Shown here piece by piece: positions 27,753-36,489 of a stretch of DNA of 64,000 nt (the first letter of the stretch is position 1; every line of letters begins with the position of its first letter). The stretch is taken from the IMG/VR virus record IMGVR_UViG_3300014202_001529; one strand, written 5' to 3'. The notes under the pieces are model-generated. The model was given only the letters and a program-made list of their open reading frames with translations, did not search any database and had not been told where the DNA came from. A program made the position numbers and the translations under genes. The DNA comes from a virus.

Positions 27753-28475
27753 CTATGATTCGCGGTATTTGAATTCAGGCATTTTTACCTGAATGGTCAT
27801 TAATGCACTCAACACGCGAACTTCCGGCAGCACAAACAAATAAACCGGCACCATCCATGTTGGAAACTTTTTGCCCTGAAGCTTCATTTTTTCAACCTTG
27901 TAGCTGATGTATTTGAGCATCAATGCCCGGTGTTTTTCGCTGTATGGCACTGCACTCAAGTACTCTCGCTTCAGTACGTCGTGCTCATCCACAAAAGCCC
28001 ATAGCGCTTTCATCAGGTTCGTTTCCTGTGTGGTTTTTGCATCCTTTACGGACAATTCGCGGATGATCCGTTTGGCTTCGGCTGTGGCAGCAGTGTAGAT
28101 TTTGTGGTCGTAGGCGTAGTTGTGGATATTGATGCGAAGATCTTCCCACACATCCAGTAACATTTCCGCATCCAGCTCTGAAAAGTCAAAACTTTCTTGG
28201 TCGTTCCCGCCTGGCGGGATGTCGCTGTCGCTATCAGAACCGGACGCGGCTTCTTCCGCCATAATTCGTTCCACTTCCTCCGTGGAGAACATTTCTTCCA
28301 GCTTTGGACCGTCCTTTGCGCTGGCATTCGGATCGGCTGGCTCGTAGGGGATGTATTCTCCTCCAGCGTCGCCGGTGGAGCCAAAATTGGGTTTGGTGCT
28401 GGCTCCGGCTTTGGTATTTACCTCGCCGGGTATGCTCCCAGCGTCGCCAAAAATATCGAATGTGTTATTGGCCAT
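27753..28475 (-). CDS. Hypothetical protein (acidic N-terminus, helical C-terminus) upstream of the ATPase
   Basis: 240-aa ORF in the operon. Confidence 0.75.
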   Translation of the reverse strand: MANNTFDIFGDAGSIPGEVNTKAGASTKPNFGSTGDAGGEYIPYEPADPNASAKDGPKLEEMFSTEEVERIMAEEAASGSDSDSDIPPGGNDQESFDFSELDAEMLLDVWEDLRINIHNYAYDHKIYTAATAEAKRIIRELSVKDAKTTQETNLMKALWAFVDEHDVLKREYLSAVPYSEKHRALMLKYISYKVEKMKLQGKKFPTWMVPVYLFVLPEVRVLSALMTIQVKMPEFKYRES

Positions 28476-29094
28476 CTTGCCCTCCTTCTATTTTTTTTGT
28501 GGTTGCATCTGGAATGAGGTTGTATTTATTCAAAATGGCGACTATTTCCGGCAACATGCTGCCCATTTGCGGAAATGAAGCTTTAATTTGTTCGAGGTTT
28601 TGCCGCATGACTGTAATGACCTCCCAAACAATTCTTGCCCCGTCAGGTGGCAGTTCAATACCAAACATGGTTTTCAGTACTTTTACAAAAACTGAGGGTA
28701 TTTTGCCTTGTGATTCTGGAATATCAATGGCTCTTTGGATCAAAAAACCAAAATTTTTATGAAACACAACCACGGCTTTGAGTAGCGTGTCGCGCTCCGC
28801 TTTCACTTCTTCCAGTGCCAATTCAAACTCCAGTTTTTCGCTTACCAGGTCTCGCGCACGTTGCCGGAAAAGATCCATCTGCTCTTTGGTGTGCAGCGTC
28901 AATTCGCCTGCTTCAACCATTTTCAAAAACTCCTCTACCCTACCCTGCTCCAGCATGGTCTTTGGGTCATCAAGCGGTTTGGGTTCATCTTCACCCTTCA
29001 CAACCTCTTCCGGCCCCTGCTCTTCGCCCCGTCCTTCTTTCACTGGTCTGTCTGGCAGTATTCTCTTCTTTTTTAAAACTTTTCCATCCTCCAT
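28465..29094 (-). CDS. Hypothetical coiled-coil protein, first gene of the morphogenesis block
   Basis: 209-aa ORF. Confidence 0.75.
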   Translation of the reverse strand: MEDGKVLKKKRILPDRPVKEGRGEEQGPEEVVKGEDEPKPLDDPKTMLEQGRVEEFLKMVEAGELTLHTKEQMDLFRQRARDLVSEKLEFELALEEVKAERDTLLKAVVVFHKNFGFLIQRAIDIPESQGKIPSVFVKVLKTMFGIELPPDGARIVWEVITVMRQNLEQIKASFPQMGSMLPEIVAILNKYNLIPDATTKKIEGGQDGQ

Positions 29095-29116
29095 GTGTCG
29101 TATTTTGATACAAAAA

Positions 29117-29204
29117 TTGACAATTTTGCAATAATTGTCAAATTTATTGACATTTATTAACTCAAAAGTTGCTTATTTTGCAATAAATGTCAATTTTCTT
29201 GACA
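29117..29204. promoter_or_regulatory. Divergent control region with five TTGACA/TGTCAA hexamers
   Basis: TTGACAATT-N7-AATTGTCAA at 29117-29141; further hexamers at 29147, 29188 and 29199. Confidence 0.65.
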
Positions 29205-29217
29205 ATTTGTAAATCAA

Positions 29218-29664
29218 ATGCCTATGAACGCGGATACTTTTTCAGGCTTGCAGCAAACACCTTTCATGCGGCTGATGAGCGAAGATGTGGAGTTTGTAAA
29301 CGTACGAACCAAAGCCGAGCCACAACGCACCCGCAGGGGATCGTACTGGTTTCGGGTGACGTTGAAGCATCTGGATGAAGATGATGAGCTGGTTGAAACG
29401 GATTACCAGCTATGCTTTCAACCCGACAATCCGGCCTATTTTCTGGATCGGCTGTGGACAGGCACCGAAGATGACCTGAATGAAGCGCTGAAAGATGGGG
29501 AAGGGATTACCTCCCCGACATTAATCGAAGCGGAAAAGCTGCGGATGATCAAGATGAAATGTGCAGAGGCTGTTCGGAAATTGCCTTATTGGCTACTTTC
29601 CGTAAGAGGTGTGCCTGGCTTTAAGGACGGGGGATTTGGCAGGTATTTTTTAAGTGTGGTTTAA
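29218..29664 (+). CDS. Hypothetical protein
   Basis: 148 aa, divergent from the virion block. Confidence 0.7.
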   Translation: MPMNADTFSGLQQTPFMRLMSEDVEFVNVRTKAEPQRTRRGSYWFRVTLKHLDEDDELVETDYQLCFQPDNPAYFLDRLWTGTEDDLNEALKDGEGITSPTLIEAEKLRMIKMKCAEAVRKLPYWLLSVRGVPGFKDGGFGRYFLSVV

Positions 29665-29690
29665 AATTTCGTCACTATAAATCAAGTCAA

Positions 29691-30170
29691 ATGGGTCTGA
29701 ATGACATCATTAAGCAACGTGCCAAAATCCAGGAGCAAATAGACCAGCACCAGGAAGAAGCACAGGTAGCTCAAAGCTCACTGGAAAAAGTAGTTGAGCT
29801 GAAATACCAGGATTACAAACTGGTACGGCAGGCGCTGGAAGAAGAGCAAACGCAACTCAACGAGTTTGAAGCGCAATTCACCAGGAATTCTTCGCAAGAA
29901 GATTGCGTGCCGATTAATTTGAAGGTTGTGATCGGCGGTTCTTTGTCCACTCACAAAATTGAGCTGGATTTGTCCTGGAAAGGCACCAAAGAATCAACCT
30001 CCCTTCGCGGCATAGCGCCGCAGATTGGCATGCTGATCATCAGCGCAAAGCGGGAATTCATCCAAAACGAATTGTCCAAACTGCAAGCCGACAATGTTTC
30101 GGCAAACAGGTACCAGGAAGAGCTTTGGGCAGCAAACCGCAAATTTGCGGCTGATCCGAACAATCAGTAA
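29691..30170 (+). CDS. Hypothetical coiled-coil protein
   Basis: 159 aa, Q/E-rich N-terminal half. Confidence 0.7.
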   Translation: MGLNDIIKQRAKIQEQIDQHQEEAQVAQSSLEKVVELKYQDYKLVRQALEEEQTQLNEFEAQFTRNSSQEDCVPINLKVVIGGSLSTHKIELDLSWKGTKESTSLRGIAPQIGMLIISAKREFIQNELSKLQADNVSANRYQEELWAANRKFAADPNNQ

Positions 30171-30190
30171 GCTGCCTTTTCACGTAAAAC

Positions 30191-30226
30191 AAAAGCGGCG
30201 CCGGAGATTACTCCTGCGCCGCTTTT
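30191..30226. terminator. Bidirectional intrinsic terminator
   Basis: AAAAGCGGCGC...GCGCCGCTTTT between convergent genes. Confidence 0.85.
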
Positions 30227-30259
30227 CTCTTTTCCTGCATGTCTTTTTCCCCTACCCTC

Positions 30260-30577
30260 TTAGAAAGAGACAATGCGGTGTTTGCATTGCTCCACTTCCA
30301 CGGTTCCGGATCGGATGTCCTGATCTATCAAAAAATTCACCTCTTTTGCCTCCCAGGCAAAGGTGCGGGCTGGCACTTTCAGCAACGTGGCCGTTTCGCC
30401 TGCTTGAATAGTTTTCTGGAATGCTCCATCCATGTAGAGGTTGTAAGCCTCTGACTTGGAATTTGTAAATTCCATACTCCCGAAATTATCCACTTCGCAG
30501 GGGAGTAACGGCGTTTCTTCTTTTTCGCATCCGGCCAAAATGATGATGGCCAGGAATGAAAATAGCATTTTTTTCAT
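30260..30577 (-). CDS. Lipoprotein (stand-alone; superinfection-exclusion candidate)
   Basis: MKKMLFSFLAIIILAG-C lipobox; own TACTTTTG box at 30607-30614 and a downstream terminator. Confidence 0.7.
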   Translation of the reverse strand: MKKMLFSFLAIIILAGCEKEETPLLPCEVDNFGSMEFTNSKSEAYNLYMDGAFQKTIQAGETATLLKVPARTFAWEAKEVNFLIDQDIRSGTVEVEQCKHRIVSF

Positions 30578-30826
30578 GCTGTTGATGTTTTGGTTAAATA
30601 TTATTGCAAAAGTAGTGAATAAAATTAGGACGGGTATTGGGTTTTCAGTCACGCGGTTGTCATACACATTTACAATCAACTGAAAAAAATATAACCTGCT
30701 TGCCTTCTTTGTAAAATATCAAGCCCATTGCATCCGAGTCTGGCAATAGATTTATGCCATAGAGGATCATTTTCCCCGAAGGAGTTATCACCTCTTTAAG
30801 GAGGTTTTCTTTTGCTTCCTGCAATG

Positions 30827-31081
30827 TCATACAGCCTTTTCAGTGTTATTGTGATTCCAATAACAAACTAAGCTTTCATAATCTTTATCTGGGAGTTGGC
30901 CTTTTAATGGCACAAAATCAATAAGGCATGAAACTTGTCGTCGTCCTGATCCCGTATCAAACAAAAAATAATGGTCATCTTCACATTCGATAACCTCCAC
31001 AAACCGGGCTATGCTAAGGAACTCAATCACCAATGTGTTTTTGAATGGCTCCATTTTCGCCTTTAGTTCTTCAATTCCCAT
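30827..31081 (-). CDS. Hypothetical protein
   Basis: 84-aa ORF. Confidence 0.6.
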   Translation of the reverse strand: MGIEELKAKMEPFKNTLVIEFLSIARFVEVIECEDDHYFLFDTGSGRRQVSCLIDFVPLKGQLPDKDYESLVCYWNHNNTEKAV

Positions 31082-31290
31082 TGTACAAGTTTTGTTTCTG
31101 ATTTACAATATAACGGGTGCTTTGGACTGCCATCCCTGTTAATGTGCAGGGCTTTTGCGTTTCGGAACATCACAGTAAGCCTAATATCCTGCCGTAATTC
31201 TTTCACTACGGAGAATGAACCCCAGGCGAATACAACGTTACTACATGATGCTCCTAAATGACGTCTTGTGGGTTGTTGTCATAGCGGATG
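31063..31290 (-). pseudogene. C-terminal remnant of a DUF1643-family gene
   Basis: Hand translation: CSNVVFAWGSF...NAKALHINRDGSPKHPLYCKSET*, with no in-frame start upstream. Confidence 0.55.
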
Positions 31291-31324
31291 CAATCAACCT
31301 CATAGGCTTTGCGAATTGCTTTCA

Positions 31325-31738
31325 TCAGCACTGTGGTGTATAGTTTACTTTCGTTTTCAAACCAATAAATTCATTGTCCCAGTTGATCAGCAAATAGCGG
31401 TCAACAATAACATCTTCATAAAATTTATCACTTCTGTCAGGAACATCAAGACAGAGTATAGACATTTTATTGTTCACTGCCGTCCAGCGGAAAATATAGT
31501 CCTGCTGTTCAATCCAATGTTTAAAATCATGGCGCATAGAAAACCACTTCTTTTGGTCAGCGACAACACCCAAGACATTCTTTGTGCTTGCTTTTTGGTT
31601 GATGATCAAATCAACTACTTCGTCCGGAGACAGCTTCACCAACTCAAATTTGTAGGCATAGTCATTGTAATAGAACAAAGCGTTTTTAGCAATGTCCGTT
31701 AGCTTTTCTATTGCAGTTTCGTAAGGTATTTTTTTCAT
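31325..31738 (-). CDS. Hypothetical protein
   Basis: 137-aa ORF. Confidence 0.65.
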   Translation of the reverse strand: MKKIPYETAIEKLTDIAKNALFYYNDYAYKFELVKLSPDEVVDLIINQKASTKNVLGVVADQKKWFSMRHDFKHWIEQQDYIFRWTAVNNKMSILCLDVPDRSDKFYEDVIVDRYLLINWDNEFIGLKTKVNYTPQC

Positions 31739-32244
31739 GACACCGATCGTTTTTTAAACCCAAATAAAATCAACACCAACGCCAGCAACAGCACCCCTAT
31801 TACCGCAAGCACCCAAATCACCGTCCGCAAGTTGCCGACCTTCTTTTCCAAGGCGACAACCTGCTTCTGGCTTTCGTTCCTTGCCTCTTCGGCAAGGTGA
31901 ATCCGGGCTTTATCTTCAAAGTAGATCAGACTATCTTGGCACTGATACTCGACCTGAATGTGCCGAACGGGCACTTTCATCTCCACCGGCACTAAGATGA
32001 CTTTTGGCGCGTTTGCCGGCGGGCAAAGCGCTTCGATAGTGTCCCTAAGAGTTTCGCCCGGGACGGTTACTTCAATTGTATCCTTACGCTCGCGCACAAC
32101 TGCGGGGAGCTGCTGGCATGGGAAAAGCTCTGCGCACTGCCGCGCTTTCTTCGACATGTCTACGCCACATGCGGCAGTACAACAGAGAAGCAGTAACCAA
32201 AAGGCTCTGCTCATACAAAAAACAGCAGGATATATGTTGTTCAT
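31735..32244 (-). CDS. Putative unimolecular spanin-like lipoprotein
   Basis: N-terminal hydrophobic stretch ending TAA-C, beta-rich middle, C-terminal TM (VIWVLAVIGVLLLALVLILFG) followed by FKKR. Confidence 0.5.
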   Translation of the reverse strand: MNNIYPAVFCMSRAFWLLLLCCTAACGVDMSKKARQCAELFPCQQLPAVVRERKDTIEVTVPGETLRDTIEALCPPANAPKVILVPVEMKVPVRHIQVEYQCQDSLIYFEDKARIHLAEEARNESQKQVVALEKKVGNLRTVIWVLAVIGVLLLALVLILFGFKKRSVS

Positions 32245-33077
32245 AGTGTTTCAGTTAATTCTGTTTCAAAAAGGCCGAATTTGGCCGGATGCACAGGTAG
32301 TTCATAATTCCAGGTCAACACTTCTGTTTTCCTGAAATTGCCACCAGTAATGCCAAGGCGCATTTCCACTTCCTTTTGCTGCCAGCCTTCTTTTCTGACC
32401 GCATCGGTCAACGCGGCGTTGTGGTAGCTGCTCATCAGGAATTTGCCCTGCATGGTGGAAGCCTTATCAATCAGGGCTTCAAACTGGTTTTGCGTGTACC
32501 CAGAGTAATGCCCTTGCCTGGCGCCCACATAAGGCGGATCGAAATAGAAGAACGTATCGGCGCAGTCCAGCTTATCCACAATCACGAGCGCGTCGCGGTC
32601 AAAAACCGTCACTTGTCGCAGCCTGGCCTGGTAGTGCCGGAAAGCGTTAATGCGGTTGCGGATGCCCACTGCTGGCGTCCAGTTGTCATGCTTGTTTTGT
32701 CCCCATCGAAACGTTGCAGCAGCTTCGCCGCCAAAACTCATATTGATGGCCACCCAGGTTGCCCAGGCACGGGTCACGTCGTCGTGCTGGTCCGGATCGT
32801 TGTAGATGTCGCATGCTCGCCCGTGTGTGTGCTCATCGTGGATGGTGCCTTCCAGCATTTCGGCCAATGCCTGGCTTTTTGTGGCGACCACCAGGTAGAA
32901 ATTGGCGATGTTTCCATTCGCGTCGTTTAGGTACTCGGCAGCGGATGGCTGCTTGGCAAAAAACAATGCAGCCCCCCCTGCAAAAGCCTCGACATAGGTT
33001 TTGTGCTCCGGGATCATCGGCAGCATGGTGGGTACCATGCGGGCTTTGCCCCCGTAATATGTGAGGAGGCTACGCAT
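32241..33077 (-). CDS. D12/Dam-class N6-adenine DNA methyltransferase
   Basis: YYGGK, YVEAFAGGAALFF, LNDANGN, FYFDPPY. Confidence 0.92.
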   Translation of the reverse strand: MRSLLTYYGGKARMVPTMLPMIPEHKTYVEAFAGGAALFFAKQPSAAEYLNDANGNIANFYLVVATKSQALAEMLEGTIHDEHTHGRACDIYNDPDQHDDVTRAWATWVAINMSFGGEAAATFRWGQNKHDNWTPAVGIRNRINAFRHYQARLRQVTVFDRDALVIVDKLDCADTFFYFDPPYVGARQGHYSGYTQNQFEALIDKASTMQGKFLMSSYHNAALTDAVRKEGWQQKEVEMRLGITGGNFRKTEVLTWNYELPVHPAKFGLFETELTETL

Positions 33078-33429
33078 TACGACGACGTGGCATTTCAATA
33101 TCTAAACGAAAATCAAAGTCTTCGGCCTCTTTCATGTGCTGGATGAATAACCCTATCAGGATGCGGAGGCAATTACCCGCCCTGCTTTCTTTCCCGCGTC
33201 GGGGAGCCAATTTCCCAACCAGATATTCAGTATTTGTGTTGGCTAAAAATTCCGGAAAGCTGTTGCCAAATGCGCGAAACGACGTTGCGTATTCGCCCCA
33301 GTCGGAAATGAGGGCTATATTGCCCTCAGTGTCGTAAAGGAAGATGCCGTAGGACGCTTCTGCATCCAAAATGCGGACGGATGCGCCCGGCGCTGTTGTG
33401 ATTTGTGATTTGCTGCTGGTCTGGCTCAT
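33070..33429 (-). CDS. Hypothetical protein
   Basis: 119-aa ORF. Confidence 0.65.
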   Translation of the reverse strand: MSQTSSKSQITTAPGASVRILDAEASYGIFLYDTEGNIALISDWGEYATSFRAFGNSFPEFLANTNTEYLVGKLAPRRGKESRAGNCLRILIGLFIQHMKEAEDFDFRLDIEMPRRRNA

Positions 33430-33435
33430 TTTTGT

Positions 33436-34005
33436 TCAATTTGATGTTCCCATCGCAGTTTCAAAATATTTCCTGTATTTCGGTTTTTCTTCCAGGTAGC
33501 GCTCCCATCCGTTGTAGTCCACTACGAACTCCCCTTCTTTTCCCAGCTCCACCAAATGCGCCCCAACCAGTGCGCCTGTGCGATCGTAGCCGTGCCGGCA
33601 GTGAATCAGCGTTTCGCCCTTCAGGAGCAGGTCATGTGCCTTCATGGCGCTGCCCTGGTAGCCTTTTCCTTTCTGGTAGCCTTCGTGCGCATTCAGGGCA
33701 ATGAAGGTTACGCCGTAGCGCTCGCAAAGCGCTTGTTCGTCTGCGTGCGACACGCCGTCGCTGTCCTTTCCGTTGCCGTTCAGGCGGATGACCTGCCGGA
33801 ACTGGCCGGATGCCAGCATGGTTTCGAGTTGTTGCAAGGTAGGCTGTCCGCTGCGGGCATTGCCCCTGGCGTCGGGTATCCAGGCGAAGCGGGTAATCTC
33901 GGCCTCGATCCAGGATGGCCAGTTGGTGTTGATTTTGTCCTGTTTTTTGCCAATAAACAGGGATGCCAGTGCGGCAAAAAAAATGATGGATAGCATTTTG
34001 GTCAT
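33436..34005 (-). CDS. Tyrosine/dual-specificity phosphatase-family protein with N-terminal hydrophobic segment
   Basis: LIHCRHGYDRTG matches the HCxxGxDRT P-loop; RSGQP motif upstream. Confidence 0.82.
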   Translation of the reverse strand: MTKMLSIIFFAALASLFIGKKQDKINTNWPSWIEAEITRFAWIPDARGNARSGQPTLQQLETMLASGQFRQVIRLNGNGKDSDGVSHADEQALCERYGVTFIALNAHEGYQKGKGYQGSAMKAHDLLLKGETLIHCRHGYDRTGALVGAHLVELGKEGEFVVDYNGWERYLEEKPKYRKYFETAMGTSN

Positions 34006-34541
34006 GATTGGTAAGGATTATTGTGCCAGGAAATCAGTTGGAGCGTTGATTTTTCTTTTGGAAACCAGTCCTGGAAATCGCCCATCTCCAGTCCGTCGTT
34101 TTTCGCTACTTCGTCCATATCCAAAAGGAACCTGTGTCCTTCCATGACAACGTAAGGGAATCCATATTTTTCAAGATTTTTATGGATTACGGTCTCTGCC
34201 AAAAACTTCACTTTTAATGCAGGTGCAAATTGTATTTGTGGGCTGTGGTAAGGACGTCCCGACCAGATTACTGGCAAAAACTCATCTCCCAATTGAAAAG
34301 GCCGGATCACCCGTTCAGGCCGCAGGGTATGCAGCTTAGGAAAGCGGGTTAATCGAACATCGCTGCGAATAATATTTTCAATATCCCAGTGAATTCCATC
34401 ATGCGGCGCCAGCCATTCCCGCATCACCTCTTCGCCAAAAACCGGAAGCAATCCCTTCCAGATTTTTTCAATAAAAAATGTTTTTTCCCTCTTACGCGGG
34501 TGATAGCTGGGGAATGTGGTAGAAAATACAATTCTTTTCAT
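34002..34541 (-). CDS. Hypothetical protein, possibly ASCH/PUA-like
   Basis: KLHTLR, WSGRPY.SPQ and A.NDGL...F..WF motifs seen in phage ASCH-like proteins. Confidence 0.5.
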   Translation of the reverse strand: MKRIVFSTTFPSYHPRKREKTFFIEKIWKGLLPVFGEEVMREWLAPHDGIHWDIENIIRSDVRLTRFPKLHTLRPERVIRPFQLGDEFLPVIWSGRPYHSPQIQFAPALKVKFLAETVIHKNLEKYGFPYVVMEGHRFLLDMDEVAKNDGLEMGDFQDWFPKEKSTLQLISWHNNPYQS

Positions 34542-34568
34542 ATCGCTGCTGTTTCTGTGCAAATATAA

Positions 34569-34931
34569 CTATAATTGCGTAATACGCAATCTTTGTATTA
34601 AAAAATCGACCGCATTTTTTACAATCGTAATGTCTCTTTTGGCTGTTGCGGCGTCAATGAGCCTTTTAAGAACCTGTTCGCCCTTCTCTTTTTTTGTTTC
34701 GCGCAGCCACAGCTCCAGTTCTGCTTTTATCTCCGGCAGGGTTTTGCCGTAGATGTCGGTTCTGCCGTCTTTCAGCACCAGCAACGCGGACTGAAGGCAG
34801 AGGTGACGGTGGTTGGCGGTGTTTCGATCCATGACGCCATCCGTCACCTGTTGCTTCCAGGAAAGCAGCCTGCGATCCAGTTCGCGCTGGATGGTTTGTT
34901 GGAAGGCGTCGGTGGTGGTGGTGGTGGTCAT
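34569..34931 (-). CDS. Hypothetical protein
   Basis: 120-aa ORF. Confidence 0.7.
   Translation of the reverse strand: MTTTTTTDAFQQTIQRELDRRLLSWKQQVTDGVMDRNTANHRHLCLQSALLVLKDGRTDIYGKTLPEIKAELELWLRETKKEKGEQVLKRLIDAATAKRDITIVKNAVDFLIQRLRITQL
34575..34589. promoter_or_regulatory. Operator palindrome TTGCGTAATACGCAA
   Basis: 7 bp from a minus-strand TATATTTG box (34560-34567). Confidence 0.8.
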
Positions 34932-36064
34932 AGTTGTTCTACTTCAAAACACGTGGATTCAAAAGGCACAGTAGGCGGAAATTGATAGATGCTGTCAACC
35001 TGCATAAAAGTGTTGACAATAGCAATTGTTATTGCACCACTTTTAAAGACATTCACGCCGCCGCGTTTTGGTGAAATTGCAACATGAATTAATTCTCCTG
35101 TAATCTTCGCAACGGTAAGCAAAAGGTGTGCATATTCCGGTCCAATCCTGGCCCCATTAATGTCTATGACGTTATTGGAAAAATCATATTCTTCGCCAAC
35201 GATCTCGGTCGTTTTTCCAGAGCCTTTACAATCGCCGCACATTGCGTTGTGTCCGCAGGCACAGCAATGTATTGTGCCTTCGCCTTTGCAAATTTCGCAT
35301 TTGGCGTATACCGGCTCTGTCGGTACCATCTCTAATACCATTTCACAAGCCCCAATATCCATTTTTATTTCCGGCACAATGCGGTTTTCGCTCATCGCCC
35401 GATCAAAACAGTCTTGGAAATTATATCCCCCTGGACTCTCGATAAAATCAGACTCATAATTCAGGCTCATTGCGTGTGCTTCATCTGCCGGAATGCAGAT
35501 CATGACGTGTCGGTCAGTCGCATAAACAAAATCTCCTTGCTTATGCGGTGACCGAAGTTCATAAGGAAGGATGTGGTCTTTGCCGACAAACCGCTTTAGT
35601 AGCTGGTCCCAAACAGTCACTTTTTTTAGAGCTGCTTCCGGAATGGGTTCATCCCAATAAGGAAATAATTTGTTTTCTGTCAATTCTACAAAGCACCTCC
35701 GATTTTCATCAATGCCAAGAATTGTAGCTTCTTTACCCTCTGGAGTCGCAACGGCCATGCCAACCCCCAAAGTGTTGGGAACCCATTCGGCCACATGATG
35801 AGCATAAAACCAGCCAACACTTACCTCAATTACCACATATTGAAGACTTGGCGCAATCACCAGTTGCATGGATGGATCAGCCATGTTTATTACTGCTACG
35901 TCCATTACTCTATAAGGGGTTTGAACTCGTGTTTTATCATTTCCAGCCCAAAACAACATGCCCTTATGAATCTCTTTTGCCGGGATGCCGGCAAACATGA
36001 CATTTAGCAGGGCTTCATTGCCTGCGTGTTCTATCATCAATTTTGTACGAATCTCGTTTTTCAT
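34928..36064 (-). CDS. Protein with DnaJ-type CxxCxGxG zinc finger and possible clamp-like segments
   Basis: CEICKGEG...CCAC...CGDCKGSG; VYATDRHV resembles the beta-clamp ATDxH motif. Confidence 0.5.
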   Translation of the reverse strand: MKNEIRTKLMIEHAGNEALLNVMFAGIPAKEIHKGMLFWAGNDKTRVQTPYRVMDVAVINMADPSMQLVIAPSLQYVVIEVSVGWFYAHHVAEWVPNTLGVGMAVATPEGKEATILGIDENRRCFVELTENKLFPYWDEPIPEAALKKVTVWDQLLKRFVGKDHILPYELRSPHKQGDFVYATDRHVMICIPADEAHAMSLNYESDFIESPGGYNFQDCFDRAMSENRIVPEIKMDIGACEMVLEMVPTEPVYAKCEICKGEGTIHCCACGHNAMCGDCKGSGKTTEIVGEEYDFSNNVIDINGARIGPEYAHLLLTVAKITGELIHVAISPKRGGVNVFKSGAITIAIVNTFMQVDSIYQFPPTVPFESTCFEVEQL

Positions 36065-36077
36065 GCTGTTTTTATTT

Positions 36078-36320
36078 TTATAAGCTGAACGTAAATCGAA
36101 CATATAATTTACTGCCAAACTCCTGTGTCTCCAAGGTTTGATCATTTAGCCTTTTGGCAATAAATAGCAATAGCTTTTCCACATGATCTTCTGCTGGAAA
36201 AGCTTCCCGCAAACGAGAAAAGGGAATCCACGATCCCGGGTTTTCGTGTTGAATATCCGCCAACGCTGAAAAAATCATTGAATCTGCTGTCATATCAATC
36301 TTGTTTTTTAGTGTCATCAT
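36078..36320 (-). CDS. Small hypothetical protein (wHTH-like)
   Basis: 80-aa ORF. Confidence 0.5.
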   Translation of the reverse strand: MMTLKNKIDMTADSMIFSALADIQHENPGSWIPFSRLREAFPAEDHVEKLLLFIAKRLNDQTLETQEFGSKLYVRFTFSL

Positions 36321-36489
36321 CGCACTCTACAACTACCCCATTTCCATATAAATCCTTTGCTACTCTACTAATCGAATCACCTCTCAACGTTAAAGAGGCT
36401 AACCCAACTTCCATCGCAGTTTGGATAATCTCGACCACTTCATTGGCCGGGTATTCGTTCGTGGTTTCAACCCAAATCGTAAAGTTCAT
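36295..36489 (-). CDS. Small hypothetical protein
   Basis: Start MNFTIW has an ATGA overlap with the upstream stop. Confidence 0.55.
   Translation of the reverse strand: MNFTIWVETTNEYPANEVVEIIQTAMEVGLASLTLRGDSISRVAKDLYGNGVVVECDDDTKKQD

Noticed and set aside
31108-31243. Third attC-like site (TAAC...GTTA about 135 bp apart)
   Set aside because: The arms do not pair, and the region translates as the DUF1643 remnant.
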